Part shown: positions 43,171 to 55,852 of the stretch, in pieces
Layout of the letters: each line of letters starts with the position of its first letter
Position numbering within the stretch: position 1 is the stretch's first letter
DNA from: Schizochytrium sp. TIO01
Taxonomy: Eukaryota; Protista; Bigyra: Labyrinthulomycetes
Assembly (NCBI GenBank): GCA_004764695.1
Contig: SMSO01000031.1
Coordinates: 7,360,761-7,424,760 of the forward strand
Length of the DNA: 64,000 nucleotides
Direction: 5' to 3'
Program-made: the position numbers and the translations under genes
The notes under the pieces: model-generated
The model's input: the letters and a program-made list of their open reading frames with translations, nothing else
Told to the model about the DNA's origin: nothing
Database searches by the model: none

Positions 43171-46100
43171 TCCATGCGCCTGCTTCTTGTGCCATCCGCA
43201 ACGCAAATACCAACTCTATGGCCGAGCGAGCGCACGCAAGCACGCACCTTGTTAGCAGAAGGTAGGTACCTCTATCTACCTAACCTAACCTAATCTACCT
43301 ATTATCCACCTATCGATCCACGATCTCTCTATCTATCTATCTATCTATCCATCCATTGAGCTGCCGTTCCTGAAGAAGAGCTAAGCTGGAGCTGCTGACA
43401 GTTTATCTGCGATTGAGCGTGCAGCTCAAGCCAACTCGACTCGATTTCGCTAGGGAGGCATGTCTGTGCGTACGCGCGTGTGCGTTGTAAGAGGCAGAAG
43501 AAGACCTCGAAGGCTTGGCAGGCAGGCAGCCATGTAGGCATGTCGGCGTGTAGGCTGGCAACCCGATGGTCAGCCAAGCTTAAGAACGAGAACAGCTTTA
43601 GAACAGACGCGCTGGTGCTTGCTTCCCAAATTCTCCCACCGCTTTCTCGAGAGAGGGCTGACCGTGGTATGGGGAATAAGCAGAGGCCACGCCCAAAGGC
43701 CTCCCAGCCAGCCATCTTGCAGTGCATTCGATGGCGATTTGCTGCTTCATTAATCACCAGAGGGTGGCCTCTTTATTATCCCTCTGCTTTCTTCTCCTTC
43801 TTCTTTTCTTCTTCTTCTTCTTCTTCCTCTTCCTCTTCTTTGGGTGCCTCTATTGCCTCTCTTGCCTCTAGTTTTTTCTTTTCTTCTTCTTTCTTGCTCT
43901 CTGCCTGTGTCTCTTTCACGCGCGTGTGCGCCTCGAGGGAAGGGAAGAGCAGGTAGGAAAGTAAGTACCTTTACATCTGCAAGAATAGTTGGCTGGCAGA
44001 CGTATAGGCTGTCTTCAGGCACCGATGGCAATAGGGCAATAGTGAAGCAAGCCTCTGTGCGAAGATTTTAGCTGTTCGAAGATGATTATACCGCTTTTCT
44101 CGCCAGATTGGCAGGCAAGGGTTTTAACTTTTGGTACGGGTAGGTATTAAGTGAGAAAGCTTTTATGAGAATCATCTTTCTCTTTTCTTTTCTTTTCCCT
44201 TGAAAGCTATTTAACCCCGAGCCTTTTCCCTTCCCTTCAATGAGCTAAATGAAAGTTTAATAGATTTAAAAAAAAAAAAAAATATTAACAAAAATATCGG
44301 TGTTTAATTTAAAAAATGACAAAAATGATAAATAAACAATACAAGATAGGAGGTGGAGAGGCCTTTTAGTTACCAAGAAGCAGCCACATAACCCACGGCT
44401 TGCCTGCGGAGAATGGACGCAGAGTCATTACCTCTTCCTTACCGACCGATTGTCCGAAGGAAATGCTCTTGACAGCCACATTTAATAGACGTGGGCACAT
44501 CAAACCCGGCCTCGCCATAGATTGATTTCTTCATTTTAAACTTAGGAGGTCTAAGTTTTGTACGCACGCATTCTTTTCATCTGAGTACTATACGCTCACT
44601 GTAACCTGCAGTGAGGCACTTCACTTCTTAGAGGCAATGCCGGTCCGAAGCCGCCGCCGGGGAAACCAACACCCTCTAGCACTCCCCCCCTGCCCCTTCG
44701 GACTATCATAAACCCTTGACGCTAAAATAATCGGAATAAGAAGAGGGAGGCAGGCTGTGTGAGTCAAGTCGCCCCTAAGGATAACGCGAATGTGGCGGAG
44801 CATGTTTCTCTTCTTTTCTTCACTTTTCTTTTACTAGGTACTTACCTACCTAGCTACATACCTCTTCTCTTTTTAATTATACCTGATCATGTAAAATTGA
44901 AATTCAATTTTATTATTTTAATTTTAAAAATAGAACTTTTGATTTTATTTTAAATTTTAAAAACGTTCTATGTTTCTTAATCCTGCTCAGAGTAATGAAC
45001 TCCACCTAGGAAGCTATATCCAGAGATCTCCCGAATTCGAGTCCAAAGGGTTCGAGGGCAGCTTTTGGTTGCGTTTATTTGCCAACTTGCCAATAGCATG
45101 TAGTCTTGACGTAATGAACCAATCTAGGTACCTCGCACATCCATCTATCAACACAAAACCTATTGGCGATTTTCGAATGTTCTAAAATGAGAAGCGTATG
45201 ATTGAACGAACAACTGCGAGCACATGCAGACTCTGAAATGACCAGCGCAGTTATGAGAGTTGATGAAGAATGAGCTTTAAAACCGCCTTTGGTTACGAGA
45301 GTAGCTTTGGCATGCTGATTCTACTTCCTTGAAAGGAAAAGATATCAACGGAAACAGTCGTACTTTGAACGTTTCTCCTTACATAAATACTGCAAGGTGA
45401 AATTAAACAAAAAAGCACGTGAATATCTGTTATCTACCAGTATTCCTCCTGTTCGTTTTAATCTCATAGCTGCTCGCTGCTGCAACCAACGAGTCATAAC
45501 TAGCAGCATTATTGTCAGAACTATAACCTCGCTCTCTCAAAACAAATTTTTGCTTTCTTCTAATTTTTCTAAAGCTCTCGATATGCTTACTGTATACCCT
45601 CTCTCTTTTTTTTTGAGTTTTTTTTTTGGTTTTAAACAAGCTAAAAGATTTCATTCAATCAATATTATTTTATCTTTGCAACTCTTTTTCGTACTAAATA
45701 CCACTTGCTCTAAGGAAGAGGGAGGAACTCGTTCTATTTTTCATCTGCCTTTGGACATCTGTTAGTTAGTTAGTCTCATTAGTCTCAGTACCTCTATTAG
45801 TTCCTAACTACTCTAGGTATAGATAGGTACAGCTCACGCACTTTTCGCTCTTTATCCCCTCATTAAGCTTCTTCCTTTCCTGGGGTCAATGACTCGCTTC
45901 GAAGTTCCCGTTCTTTCGCCTCTTTTTCCAGGCCGCCCGGTACCACGAAAGAAAGAAACTGGGGAACATCGAGCTTGAAGACTTCGCTGCTGATCCCCAT
46001 CGAAGAAAGAATAAAAGCGTGGCTGCATTTATTCATGCATAGCTAGCTAGCTAGCTCCCCGTGGATACTTTGCAGTTGTTTGAGTTGGTGTTTTTCGCCA

Positions 46101-47070
46101 TCATCTCAAAGTACCCGTCTCCATTTTTTCCCTTCTTCCTTTCTCTTTTTCTTTTCTCTTGCTTTGAAACAGTCATGCATGTGCTATTCTCGCAGGATTA
46201 AGAACCCACTGCACGCACTTCAACGCTTTCTCTCCCTGCTCTCGGCATGGCTGTGAGTGACGTCCACACGCGCGTGGAGGAAGGAACAAGGAAGGAGGAA
46301 GCCTCGCTCTCTGTTATTCACTGGAAAACGAAACAGCCACAAAACAAAGCCGCTGTCTTTCAAGCGACTTTCGTGTGACTGGCGAGGATAACGAACATCA
46401 CAGCGCTCTTGTTTATTTGTTTATTTGTTTCTTTGTTTCTTTGTTTCTTTGTTTCGTTGCGCAACCCAAATCACAGGTCCAGGTCAACTGGGCGTCCATC
46501 TTCTTGGCAACGAAGGAGTCGCTGGCCAAGTCGTTTTCAACGAACGGCTGCGAGTCGTCGTCGCCGTCGCCGTCGCCGTTGTCGATAAAGTCGATCTCAG
46601 GAAGCCGCACGAACGAGAGGGTTTTCAAAAAGTCGTGCTCACGGAGCCTGCGCGAAGAGACGGAGTCGGATAGATGAGCGGATGAGTGGATGGACTGATC
46701 GATTGACAGATGGATAGATGGATGGATGGACCAGTGATAACGGAATGTAATGCTGAGAACGAATAGGACTAACCCTGCCGACCTTTTCGCCCTTCTCCGG
46801 GTTTTCCGGAGTGGCATACGTCTCTGAGGGCTTGAAGAATTAAAGCCGCCCAAGAAACCAGGAAACCAAATTCACAACCGCCGCATGAAAGGCAAATGAC
46901 AACTTGAAACGCGTTGAACGAGACTCAAAGCACTGATCAACGGGCGTTTCATTGGCTCCATCAAAGTCATCTGTGCGCACGCATTCATTTATCCACGCAC
47001 GCATTCACGCACACGCTGACACAGACACACATTCTTTTTCGCACACACTCCGATGGATCGATCATTCATC

Positions 47071-47140
47071 CACTCATTCGATCACTCACTCATTCGATCA
47101 CTCACTCATTCGATCACTCACTCATTCGATCACTCACTCA
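47071..47140. repeat. 16-bp minisatellite (CACTCATTCGATCACT), about 4.4 copies
   Basis: Direct observation. Confidence 0.9.
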
Positions 47141-49215
47141 CCGACTCGCTGGCGCGCTGCCACGGGCTCGAAGGCGCAACGTCCAAGAAGCCGGAGTCCG
47201 TCTTTTTGAGCCATAAAAGGACCATCCATCCATAGAAGGCTCATGGAGTTTTTTATTTTTTTATTTTTTTATTTTTTTTTTCTGAGCCTCGCATCATTGC
47301 GTTGATTTGAAAGATGTCTTGTTTAGTGAAAGCTGCTTAGCGAAAGCTAGGCCAGCCCTAGAAGGTGTTTTGTGTAGCTTTTTTAGTTTGGGTTTTTAGT
47401 TTGGGTTTATAGTTTGTTTTTTGTTTAGTTTGTTTGTTTGTCTGTCTGTTTAGCTCCTCCCTTAGCTGTGCCGCGCGCCCCTTCACCTTACTGAGGACGG
47501 ATATGATAAACGGTAGGAGCACCTTGCGTGGGTCCTAGTCCAACTAGGCGGGAAGGAGACGAAGTGTCTCATGCATTGTTTTATGAGGTAGTGGGAAAGT
47601 ACGAGAATGCTTTTAGTTTCACTTCAATTCACTTATAGAGCCGAGTACCCAGGGAGTGGTTGCTTTTAGTCCTGAAAGCGTTTGACTTGTTTCTTTCTTC
47701 TGGTCTTTGAGGGGTTTTTTCTTTGGCTTCTGAGAGAACTCTCTCGATTCATAATTTATATTTTGTATAATGGATGAATGTTATAACTCTTGAGAGGTGG
47801 CAAATCCTTCATCTCAAATGGCAGTGAAGATTGGCTCTCGGGACTCGTGAAAGTCGCCGAGGTATGCACAGAGTTTGCCAAACGGGGGCGCTACTGACAT
47901 TGAGCTAATTGCGCGAAGCTTTTTGCGTCGCCAATTTGGGGTGTCTGATTCTTGCAATACGCAACGCAAAGCTTTCGTTTGGAGTCACGAGCTGTAGCAT
48001 GCTCACCTGAGAGAGGATGTAGCAGATCGAGCACTTACTTGTTGGCACCGCGGAAGTACTGTTAGAAATCATAGTCCGTCTAAAGCTGAGAAGTATTGTT
48101 CTATGCATGCAAAGAAGGCATTCGCTCACCTAGTTTTAACTCCCTTCGGTGCTTTCGATGTGTCATTTGCAAGCAACAATGACCCCCGCCGGCTCGTGAT
48201 GAAGAAAAGGGGCATGCTTTGAGGAGCGGAATCCAAGTCCCTTGCACGGTGACTTTTCAATGGCCGTCGTCTGATTCACAACCGCTGAAGATATATTGCA
48301 GTTTGATGCCTGATTGTTACGGCAACCCTGTAAGACCAGAAGATAGCAGCCAAACATCGGTTTTCTGTTGTTGCATAAAACTGACCCTGCAGTTGCTGAG
48401 ATGGATGGTCAATACGCTCCCTTCGCTCATGAGGCTGATCCTTATCATTGAACTGCCTGGAGGGGGAACCTGTAGCATAATGAAATGCCCTGCTATTGCG
48501 TCAATACTTGTCGTTTATGTCGGTACCTATGATCTTGCAAAAGGAGGGCTCACGTTACAATTGACGGACCAGTCAGTTCTATGTCAAAGGTTGGCAAGGA
48601 GTGATCAGCTAAGTCTCAGGCTCACGATGCGAAGCCTTAAAGCTAAAAGGAGTCGTAGGTACCTTCAAATAAATCAAGTAGCCAGTAGTAGTTCTTTGAC
48701 TCGCACGCAGGCTGGTGAGATCCTCGTAGGCGATAATATATCAAAATGCAAATATGAATCAGGATATTCATTATCGATAGATGGATCTGTTATTTTTATT
48801 CTTTGTATGAAGATTTATTTTAAAAAATAAATAATAGTACACAATCCTGCACGGACATCGATATCTACTAGGACAATTCCTTCGTTGCCACCTCGGTAAT
48901 CTGTTACATGTAATCTCCTAACATTAACTTTGTTTGCCATTGCTGCGAAGGTATACGTATGGCTATCGATTCGTGCCAAGACATTTATTTTCTTGTTGAC
49001 TCTTCTTATTGCAGCAAGTTTGGGCATTTTCAACCGTGACCAAAACCTTTCGTTTACTTTACTTAGCATTGCAGTGATAACAACAGCCAAAAAAAAACAG
49101 AAAAAGAAAACGCGCTGCCACGAGCACCTACCTACCTAGCCAAGACCAGGTATCTAATATCTGATGTAACTTTCTACCCTCTTACTCTCTAAAATGGATC
49201 TCAGATCGCGGACTG

Positions 49216-49274
49216 GCCAAGGTTTGAGAAGATATAATCTTATTAGCCAAGGTTTGAGAAGATATAATCTTATT
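49216..49274. repeat. 30-bp tandem duplication (GCCAAGGTTTGAGAAGATATAATCTTATTA) x2
   Basis: Two adjacent copies identical over 29 nt. Confidence 0.95.
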
Positions 49275-50646
49275 GTAATTAACTGAGACTGACATCCACG
49301 CCGATAATTACTCTTCCTTCACGAGAAGAGACCAACTAGCTAGAGCTTTTCAGGCAGGCAGGCAGACAGCCTAGATTAAAAGCGATGCATCAATTTTTAA
49401 ACTAACAAAGCTATAAACTTGAAACTATAATATTATAAAAGAAGGTAGCTAGCAATTGCTTGTAGAAGGGTGCTTTTTAAAGCTCAGGTTGCTGTGGGCC
49501 AACAAACGAGGTACTGCTGCTTCCTTCATTCATTCTATGAAATGTATTTGTCTTAATTAATTTCAAGTAATTTTATTTTTTAAAGGAGACAAAATAACAA
49601 AATATTCATTAAATACTCCTTGTAATAGATTATTGCCTAAGGTGGCCTGCGTACGCATTCGTCGCAAATCGAGTCTCAATCCTAGCTCCAGACTCTCAGT
49701 CAACCAGGAGCTGGATTCTTGGATGGGATGGGATGTAATATATGGTCGAAAGTTTGAACGGTGAGCTAACTAACCCCCCTTTCCCCTTCCCCTGTTCCTC
49801 AGGGAAAGAAAGGCCCAACCTGAAAGCCTGAAGACTTTTATTTCTTTTCTTTTTAAATAAAATAAAATAATATAAATAAATATAAATATAAATATAAATA
49901 AAACTCTCTTTTTATCTCTTTTATTTTGCAATATGGCTTCACATTGCCACCAGCAGATTACGCTATGTTCATATGTTGAGCTGCGTGGAGGCGCAGGGTG
50001 CAATCGGTGAAGGCTGCACTTTGCGGAAAGTCAAATATATCGGGCAGTTCCGAAGCCGCCAAATTCCTTCGGACGTTTGACTCCTTGCTCGTTATAAGGT
50101 TTTCATTTCTTACTTCAACTCTTTTGACTATTTCCTACAAAGTATTCCTTTCTTTTCATATAGGTACATGTATAGCATATTTTATAAAAAGTTTTATGAA
50201 GAACACCACTATGATATTCTATCAAAGAGAAAAAAAGTCTTACAAATTACAAACAAGAGCGACCTCTAAAACGTCAGGTGACATTTCCCCAAGAAAAGTA
50301 GTCGCTGGTTTTCCTATGCGTACGCAACGCTTCGAAAACCTGGAACGGTGATGTTGAGCTCTTTCTGAAGCCGAGCCTTTTTGGCAAAATTCACGCTTGC
50401 CAACGCTGATAGTTGAGGATTACATGGTAGAACCGACTACACGACATGGGCTGCACCACCAAGATCGATCTCAAATGCCTTAAAGAACCCTTGAATATTT
50501 TCAACTAGGAAGAGATACCCTTTTCCACAAAAACAACAGAACAAATTGTGGATTCGTGGACCTTATTAGACAGCCGCGCACTTCTGTCGAGTCTTGGCAG
50601 CAGCTAATCAACGCAACCAAAAGAACCTCTCCAAATACACACAAAT

Positions 50647-50648
<2 letters not shown>

Positions 50649-50699
<51 letters not shown>
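50649..50699. repeat. (CAG)17 pure trinucleotide repeat, apparently non-coding
   Basis: Direct observation. Confidence 0.95.
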
Positions 50700-50700
<1 letters not shown>

Positions 50701-52358
50701 CCCTCTACTACCTCTTAGAGAGAGGGCAGAAAGGCCTTTAAAACTTACAACCTCAAGTTTTCATTTACAAGTGAATTCGATGTTCGGATAACTCCCTCTC
50801 AGAATTACACTTACCCTATGCCCGACACCGAAAGTCGCCGCGATCTGCCAACCGATGACTGACCAGTGCAAGCAGCCTCTACAGCACCGTGATAGGCTGG
50901 CCAGGAGGAAAGAACCGATGCCGAAGCCTTGGGATTACAGCGCGTTCTCCTCTTCTCTTCAATTCTGTCCTATTCTCTTCCTGTGCCAGGGTCCTTTGAG
51001 GCCAAAGCAGCGAAGATTTCGTGATCATAGATATGGGTGGATGGAGCTTGGGTGGATTTTGCGAAACAGTCCCCCGGGTGGATTTTACTCTCGGGACTTG
51101 GGCCCCTCACGTCTCTTGGCCATTCACTCTTCTCACTCTAGCAAGGGAGCAGTGTGCATCTCGCACCAGGATGTGGTAGTGCACGGGTAGGTGTAGTCAG
51201 CACGCAAACTGACCACATGCGTGGCTCTTATGGAGCCGGGAAGAAAGCATCTCTGTTAGCATGGATTGAGACAGCACTGTTTGCAGTACTTTCACATACA
51301 AGCGCCAAGCTTGGGTTGAGTGACCTACGAAGGAAGCGCTGGGAAGTGGTGTTGATGGGAGCAAGTTAAGCTTGCTTTGCGACAATGCGATGCCTTTACA
51401 ATTTGATAGAGCGCAACAGACAAAAGGGTAATATCCTTGCAGAAGCGTCACGTGTGGGCCCCAAAATTTCTACCCAAATGTGGACCTGCTTTAGGGTGAT
51501 AGCTGGTAAGGCTATTGGTAACGAACTGATTTGTCTATCCCTTTCTAAAACTTCAATATACTTAGTAGTCAAGTAGGAACTTACCTATGCAGTATGGGAT
51601 CACTCTCACTAGTTAGAGGTACCCTACTGAGTTAAAATCTGTAGCTTGGGTAAAATTCCCAAGCCAAAATAATCACTCAAGTTGTTACGCGATGGAAAAC
51701 AAACGCGCACTTGTTACTCTTACACCAGCTCGAATAACTACTTACAGTATCAGGAACCTACTCTCACAAATACCATCATTATTGAATTCGTTATTATTGA
51801 ATAAGTATGTAAGCTTCTCAGTTCGAATTGTTTTCGCAATGGTTTGTGGCAGATTTCATTTGTCCTCTTCCTCAGGAAATAACAATAGTAGTAATCGTAT
51901 CCTAATCATCTGCAAATTGTCAAAGCCTATGAGAGACTTCGAATGAATTTATTCTTTTGAGAACTTGGTTTTAAACTCAGCAGTGTTATCTTAGGCTAAT
52001 AGGCTGGTTTTACTTGCACTCTTCTCCTTCTTTTCTTTTCTTTTCTTTTCTTTTCTTTTCGGAAGTATGTTGTAAAGTTTGTATGCGCGTAGACAGAGTA
52101 CCTCTTGTAATGTATTTAATGCAGACGATGTTATATCTTGAATTTCTTCGTCTTCCATGAAAAAAAGCTTTAAAAGCTCACGTGAGACATTCAACTCATT
52201 CAGTGTATGCATCATTATGGGCAAAGCGAAAACCTTTGTTGAAGTTAGTCTTCTAGTACTCTATGAATTAATTATTCACGTTGCTTAATCCACGATATGA
52301 GGATAGATATATTCTGAAAGCAAGCTACGCAGCTACATGTAAATAAACAAACAAACAA

Positions 52359-52394
52359 TGCTACATTGCTACATTGCTACATTGCTACATTGCT
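52359..52394. repeat. 8-bp tandem repeat (TGCTACAT), about 4.5 copies
   Basis: Direct observation. Confidence 0.9.
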
Positions 52395-53285
52395 TGAATC
52401 TCAAAGAGATCTTTTTTCAAGATAACATCCTTAAAAATTTGATTTGCAGTCTGAATCAGATTAGTCTATATTGATTCAAACAGCTGCTTCTTAGAACTTA
52501 TACAACCGCAGCATCACTTGAATCTCCAGGCGAAATGTCATTTTGCTTAAGTTCATGTCTACAGAAATTACTCTTGAAGTACCCTTGCAAAGTTAAGTTT
52601 TCCTGCTCCGGTGCTTGAGACTGTTCCAAGTTTATATATTTTTAGTATTTGAACTAATAACTTACTTTGTTTGGGTATCTTTAATCCAGAGCTCTTCAAA
52701 GCCATTCATATTATTACTGAATGCATGAATACGAAATCATAGTAAATTCCTTAAAGACAATATGGTGTGGAGTCTTAGCAAAATATTTTAAAGGGTCATT
52801 TCTGTCCTAAAGAAGGTTTCGTGCTGTTGATGTGGACTTTAGTTGATGTGGCCCACTTTGATGAAGCGAGCAATCGCGTTCAGCTATATTGGTTCTGGTC
52901 GTCATCATTTATTGACACAGCTTTGTTCTGTAAAACATGATATAATAACACGACCAGTGGGTTATAGTAGCAATTGGTGGACTATCACGCAAACAGCAGA
53001 TTACGAATGTATATAACTGTTCTAGATAGCCTGAGAAACAGCCGGTTCAATTTAGGCTCTTAAATTGAATACTATACTTGTAAAAATATTTACCTCACTT
53101 GTGAGGTATTTATACTTCACTTACAGAAAGCGGAAGAAGTAGAAAAGAGAATGCGAGAGTGGGATGACGCTCGCTGCGATCTAGGCGTTAATGGCAGAAC
53201 TGGATCACTTTGAGGCACTTGGTCACTCAAGCAGAGGCGCGACATAAGCCATCGCGCTGGCATCGAGGCTTAACCCTCGGCAGTT

Positions 53286-55001
53286 ATGTCGCAGCGACCG
53301 CTTCTTCACCTCGGAAGTGAGGACAGCACCGCCTCTGGCGGCAACTCTGATGAAAGATATGGCAGTATGGCGACATCGAGGGCGCCATCCTCACCCTACT
53401 CCTCTTCAGCAGCTCTTGAAGCGAGCTCAAACGCAATATCAAGAGCCAACTTAATGCCCAACTCGGCATCAAACTTGAGTCTGAATTTGCCCTCAAGCCC
53501 TCGACGAAAGCACTCGGACGCTCCAGAGCCCGAGGTTGTGGCCGCCGCGTCTGCAGCAGCAGCAGCTAGAACAACAGGGACTTCGTCTTCGCCGCTACCA
53601 TCTCCAACGAGTCAACAAAGACGATGGGGTTCGTTGAATCGAGGCTCCTCGTTTGCATATCCTTCAGTGACTCAGGAGGAATCCGATAGGCTCTTCCAGC
53701 AGTACAACGAAGAGTACGAGCGAATCGACTGGGCCAGAGGATGGCACTCTTCTCGCGAGGAGGCAGCTGGCCGAGCGAGCAGCAGCTGGAGACTCATGAA
53801 CCGTAGCGCTGACTTCGGACAATCAACTGGAAGTCTCCGCATGGCACGTCTGAATCGGTCCGCGGCACTGTATTTTGCTGACTTGTGGCACACGCTCGTG
53901 GACTCCAGCCTCCGTGTTGTATTTTTGGTGTTCATACTCTTATACCTTCTAGCCATTCTTGTATTCACATTCATTTACATGATGATGTCTGAAGCATGCC
54001 AGCTCGACCTTGCAACGTTCGGCGCAGCATGGGCATTCTCTTTGGAGACTATTATGACCATCGGATATGCTTTTCCAGGAAAGGGAGACTACTTTACGCA
54101 GTGCTGGCCCTTGGTGGTGTCTGTCACTCTGGAAAGTATTCTTGGTGTAATTTGTGACTCTGTCTGTGTGGGACTTGTCTTTGCGCGACTTTCTCGGGCG
54201 CAGACGCGGGCGGCGACTATCGTGTTCTCAGATTGCGCAGTGATGCGCAGAATCCATGGAAAACTTTCCATTATGTTCCAAGTTGCCGAAATGAGAAAGC
54301 ATCAACTGGTAGAGGCACATGTCAGATGCTATGCAGTCAGCCGTCACCGCTGCGCTGACAGCTCCCCGCTTTTTTATTTTCGATCCGACATGATGCGCCT
54401 TGTCAAACCTGATGACGAGCTTGGCGGAATGCTTTTCATGGCCTTCCCCAACGTGATCGTACACAATATTGACCACTTCTCTCCTTTGCAACCCCCACCT
54501 ATACATCAATCATCTATGGGCTTTATCAAACAGCCTAATCCAAGTAAGGAAAACATATTCCCTGGTGTCATACAACGGGATTGCGATGTGGAGAATGGGT
54601 CTCGTGATCTCGTTCATGACCCTGACCACCCGAGTGTGATTGTAGGAAACCAGGAAATTGAACCAAAGATCCCACCCTCCATCGTACCTGGCTCTGCCAG
54701 TGCTGAGGCGGCTCAGCGGGCCTATGCCGCCGAGGAAGAAAAAATTAAAAAATACTTGATGGAGCATCGAGTTGAGATCATCTGCCTTGTAGAGGGTATT
54801 GATGCCGTGACTAGCGACACTATCCAGGCCCGTCATTCCTATTGCTTCGAAGATATCATGTGGCACTTTGATTTTGTTCCTTGCTTGTTGGAGGATGAGG
54901 ATGGTGCAGCTCAGTTAGACTTCGAGCAATTTCACAAAGTCTTTCCAGTACCAGAACCTTACAAGAACCTCCCTCCTATGTACTTGTTTTCGTGCCCTTA
55001 A
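53286..55001 (+). CDS. Inward-rectifier potassium channel (Kir), 571 aa
   Basis: Slide helix YFADLWHTLVD, M1, pore AWAFSLETIMTIGYA, M2 ESILGVICDSVCVGLVFARLSR, TIVFSDCAV, MFQVAEMRKHQLVEAHVR, HNIDHFSPL, EIICLVEGID...TIQARHSY. Confidence 0.95.
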   Translation: MSQRPLLHLGSEDSTASGGNSDERYGSMATSRAPSSPYSSSAALEASSNAISRANLMPNSASNLSLNLPSSPRRKHSDAPEPEVVAAASAAAAARTTGTSSSPLPSPTSQQRRWGSLNRGSSFAYPSVTQEESDRLFQQYNEEYERIDWARGWHSSREEAAGRASSSWRLMNRSADFGQSTGSLRMARLNRSAALYFADLWHTLVDSSLRVVFLVFILLYLLAILVFTFIYMMMSEACQLDLATFGAAWAFSLETIMTIGYAFPGKGDYFTQCWPLVVSVTLESILGVICDSVCVGLVFARLSRAQTRAATIVFSDCAVMRRIHGKLSIMFQVAEMRKHQLVEAHVRCYAVSRHRCADSSPLFYFRSDMMRLVKPDDELGGMLFMAFPNVIVHNIDHFSPLQPPPIHQSSMGFIKQPNPSKENIFPGVIQRDCDVENGSRDLVHDPDHPSVIVGNQEIEPKIPPSIVPGSASAEAAQRAYAAEEEKIKKYLMEHRVEIICLVEGIDAVTSDTIQARHSYCFEDIMWHFDFVPCLLEDEDGAAQLDFEQFHKVFPVPEPYKNLPPMYLFSCP

Positions 55002-55852
55002 ACGCTAATTTAAAATATGGTCTTTCCAGGAATCTGGGGATAAAGGACATCGCAATGTCAAGTATAATGATTTGCCTTGGAAGAAACCTTTCTACTTCGC
55101 AGCTACTACTCTGCTATCTTAAGAGACCGTCGTTAATGTGTAAATACCAGAAATGTCCTCCCAAACATGTTTTAAATTTGTCAGTCTTCTACACTGGAGC
55201 ACTTTAAAGAGGCTTTTTCCATTGATGTAACACCTTGCTCACTATGTATCACGTTTAATCGACTCTCTCCACCAGAACCCAGTACCTTATACCGAAATCT
55301 GACAAAGGTAAAGTACTACCCGCTTGCTTTAGTTCTTCAGTCTTTTGGAGTCATTCACGATCTAGACTCCTATAGATACTAGCTAAAACTTGATAAAAAA
55401 GAAAGCGCCTTGGGTACAGCTAGTGCTGCCTATGAGGGATTAAGTAGTCCTATAGTAAAGAGAAGTATGAAGGACGACGCTCTACGAAGAACTTTGCAGA
55501 TACCCTCGAATCTGAAGAAGCTCACGACTGAGGAGGGAAGTAAGACTCTGCGCATAGAGTGTAGGAGGCTTGCAGGCTCCTGTCTCTAAGAAGATACGGT
55601 TTCGTCGACCATTAGGCTCGTTGAAGGTTGAGAGCTCTGCGAAAGCTACGAGATCTACCTTGGATACTAAACGTCACCAAGACCGAGCTAGAAAACTACA
55701 CTCAACTTCACTGCTGAAGATCTTGAGGTTTTATAGCCACACACCATCTCCAGACATCTCCCCCTCTGTTTACACTAATCTGTGAGCCAAATTGCCACAA
55801 GATAACGGCGCCCTTATTGGTATATTTTCCTTATCTATATTAGCGCTGCACC

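Noticed and set aside
40024-43956. ORFs rich in D/E, H/S/F/I or poly-S (40137-40430, 42888-43265, 43480-43956)
   Set aside because: Translations of microsatellite tracts.
46413-47233. An antizyme gene next to ODC (CCG-TGA with a +1 coding-like frame)
   Set aside because: No antizyme domain motifs are recognisable in the +1 frame or nearby islands, and ATGs in all three frames come from an (ATGG)3 repeat. Kept only as an orphan island.
48219-49090. 203-aa plus ORF (TTG start) and 91-aa minus ORF as a transposon or viral relic
   Set aside because: No transposase, RT, integrase or capsid motifs, and no terminal repeats or target-site duplications seen.
47071-49274. 16-bp and 30-bp repeats as CRISPR-like arrays
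   Set aside because: Head-to-tail tandem copies with no spacers and no cas genes, in a eukaryotic context.
50594-50791. Poly-Ala ORF over (CAG)17
   Set aside because: TTG start, AT-rich flanks and no splice or codon support.
51154-51576. Two same-frame ORFs separated by one TAA (pseudogene or readthrough)
   Set aside because: No recognisable homology or codon bias; compatible with chance.
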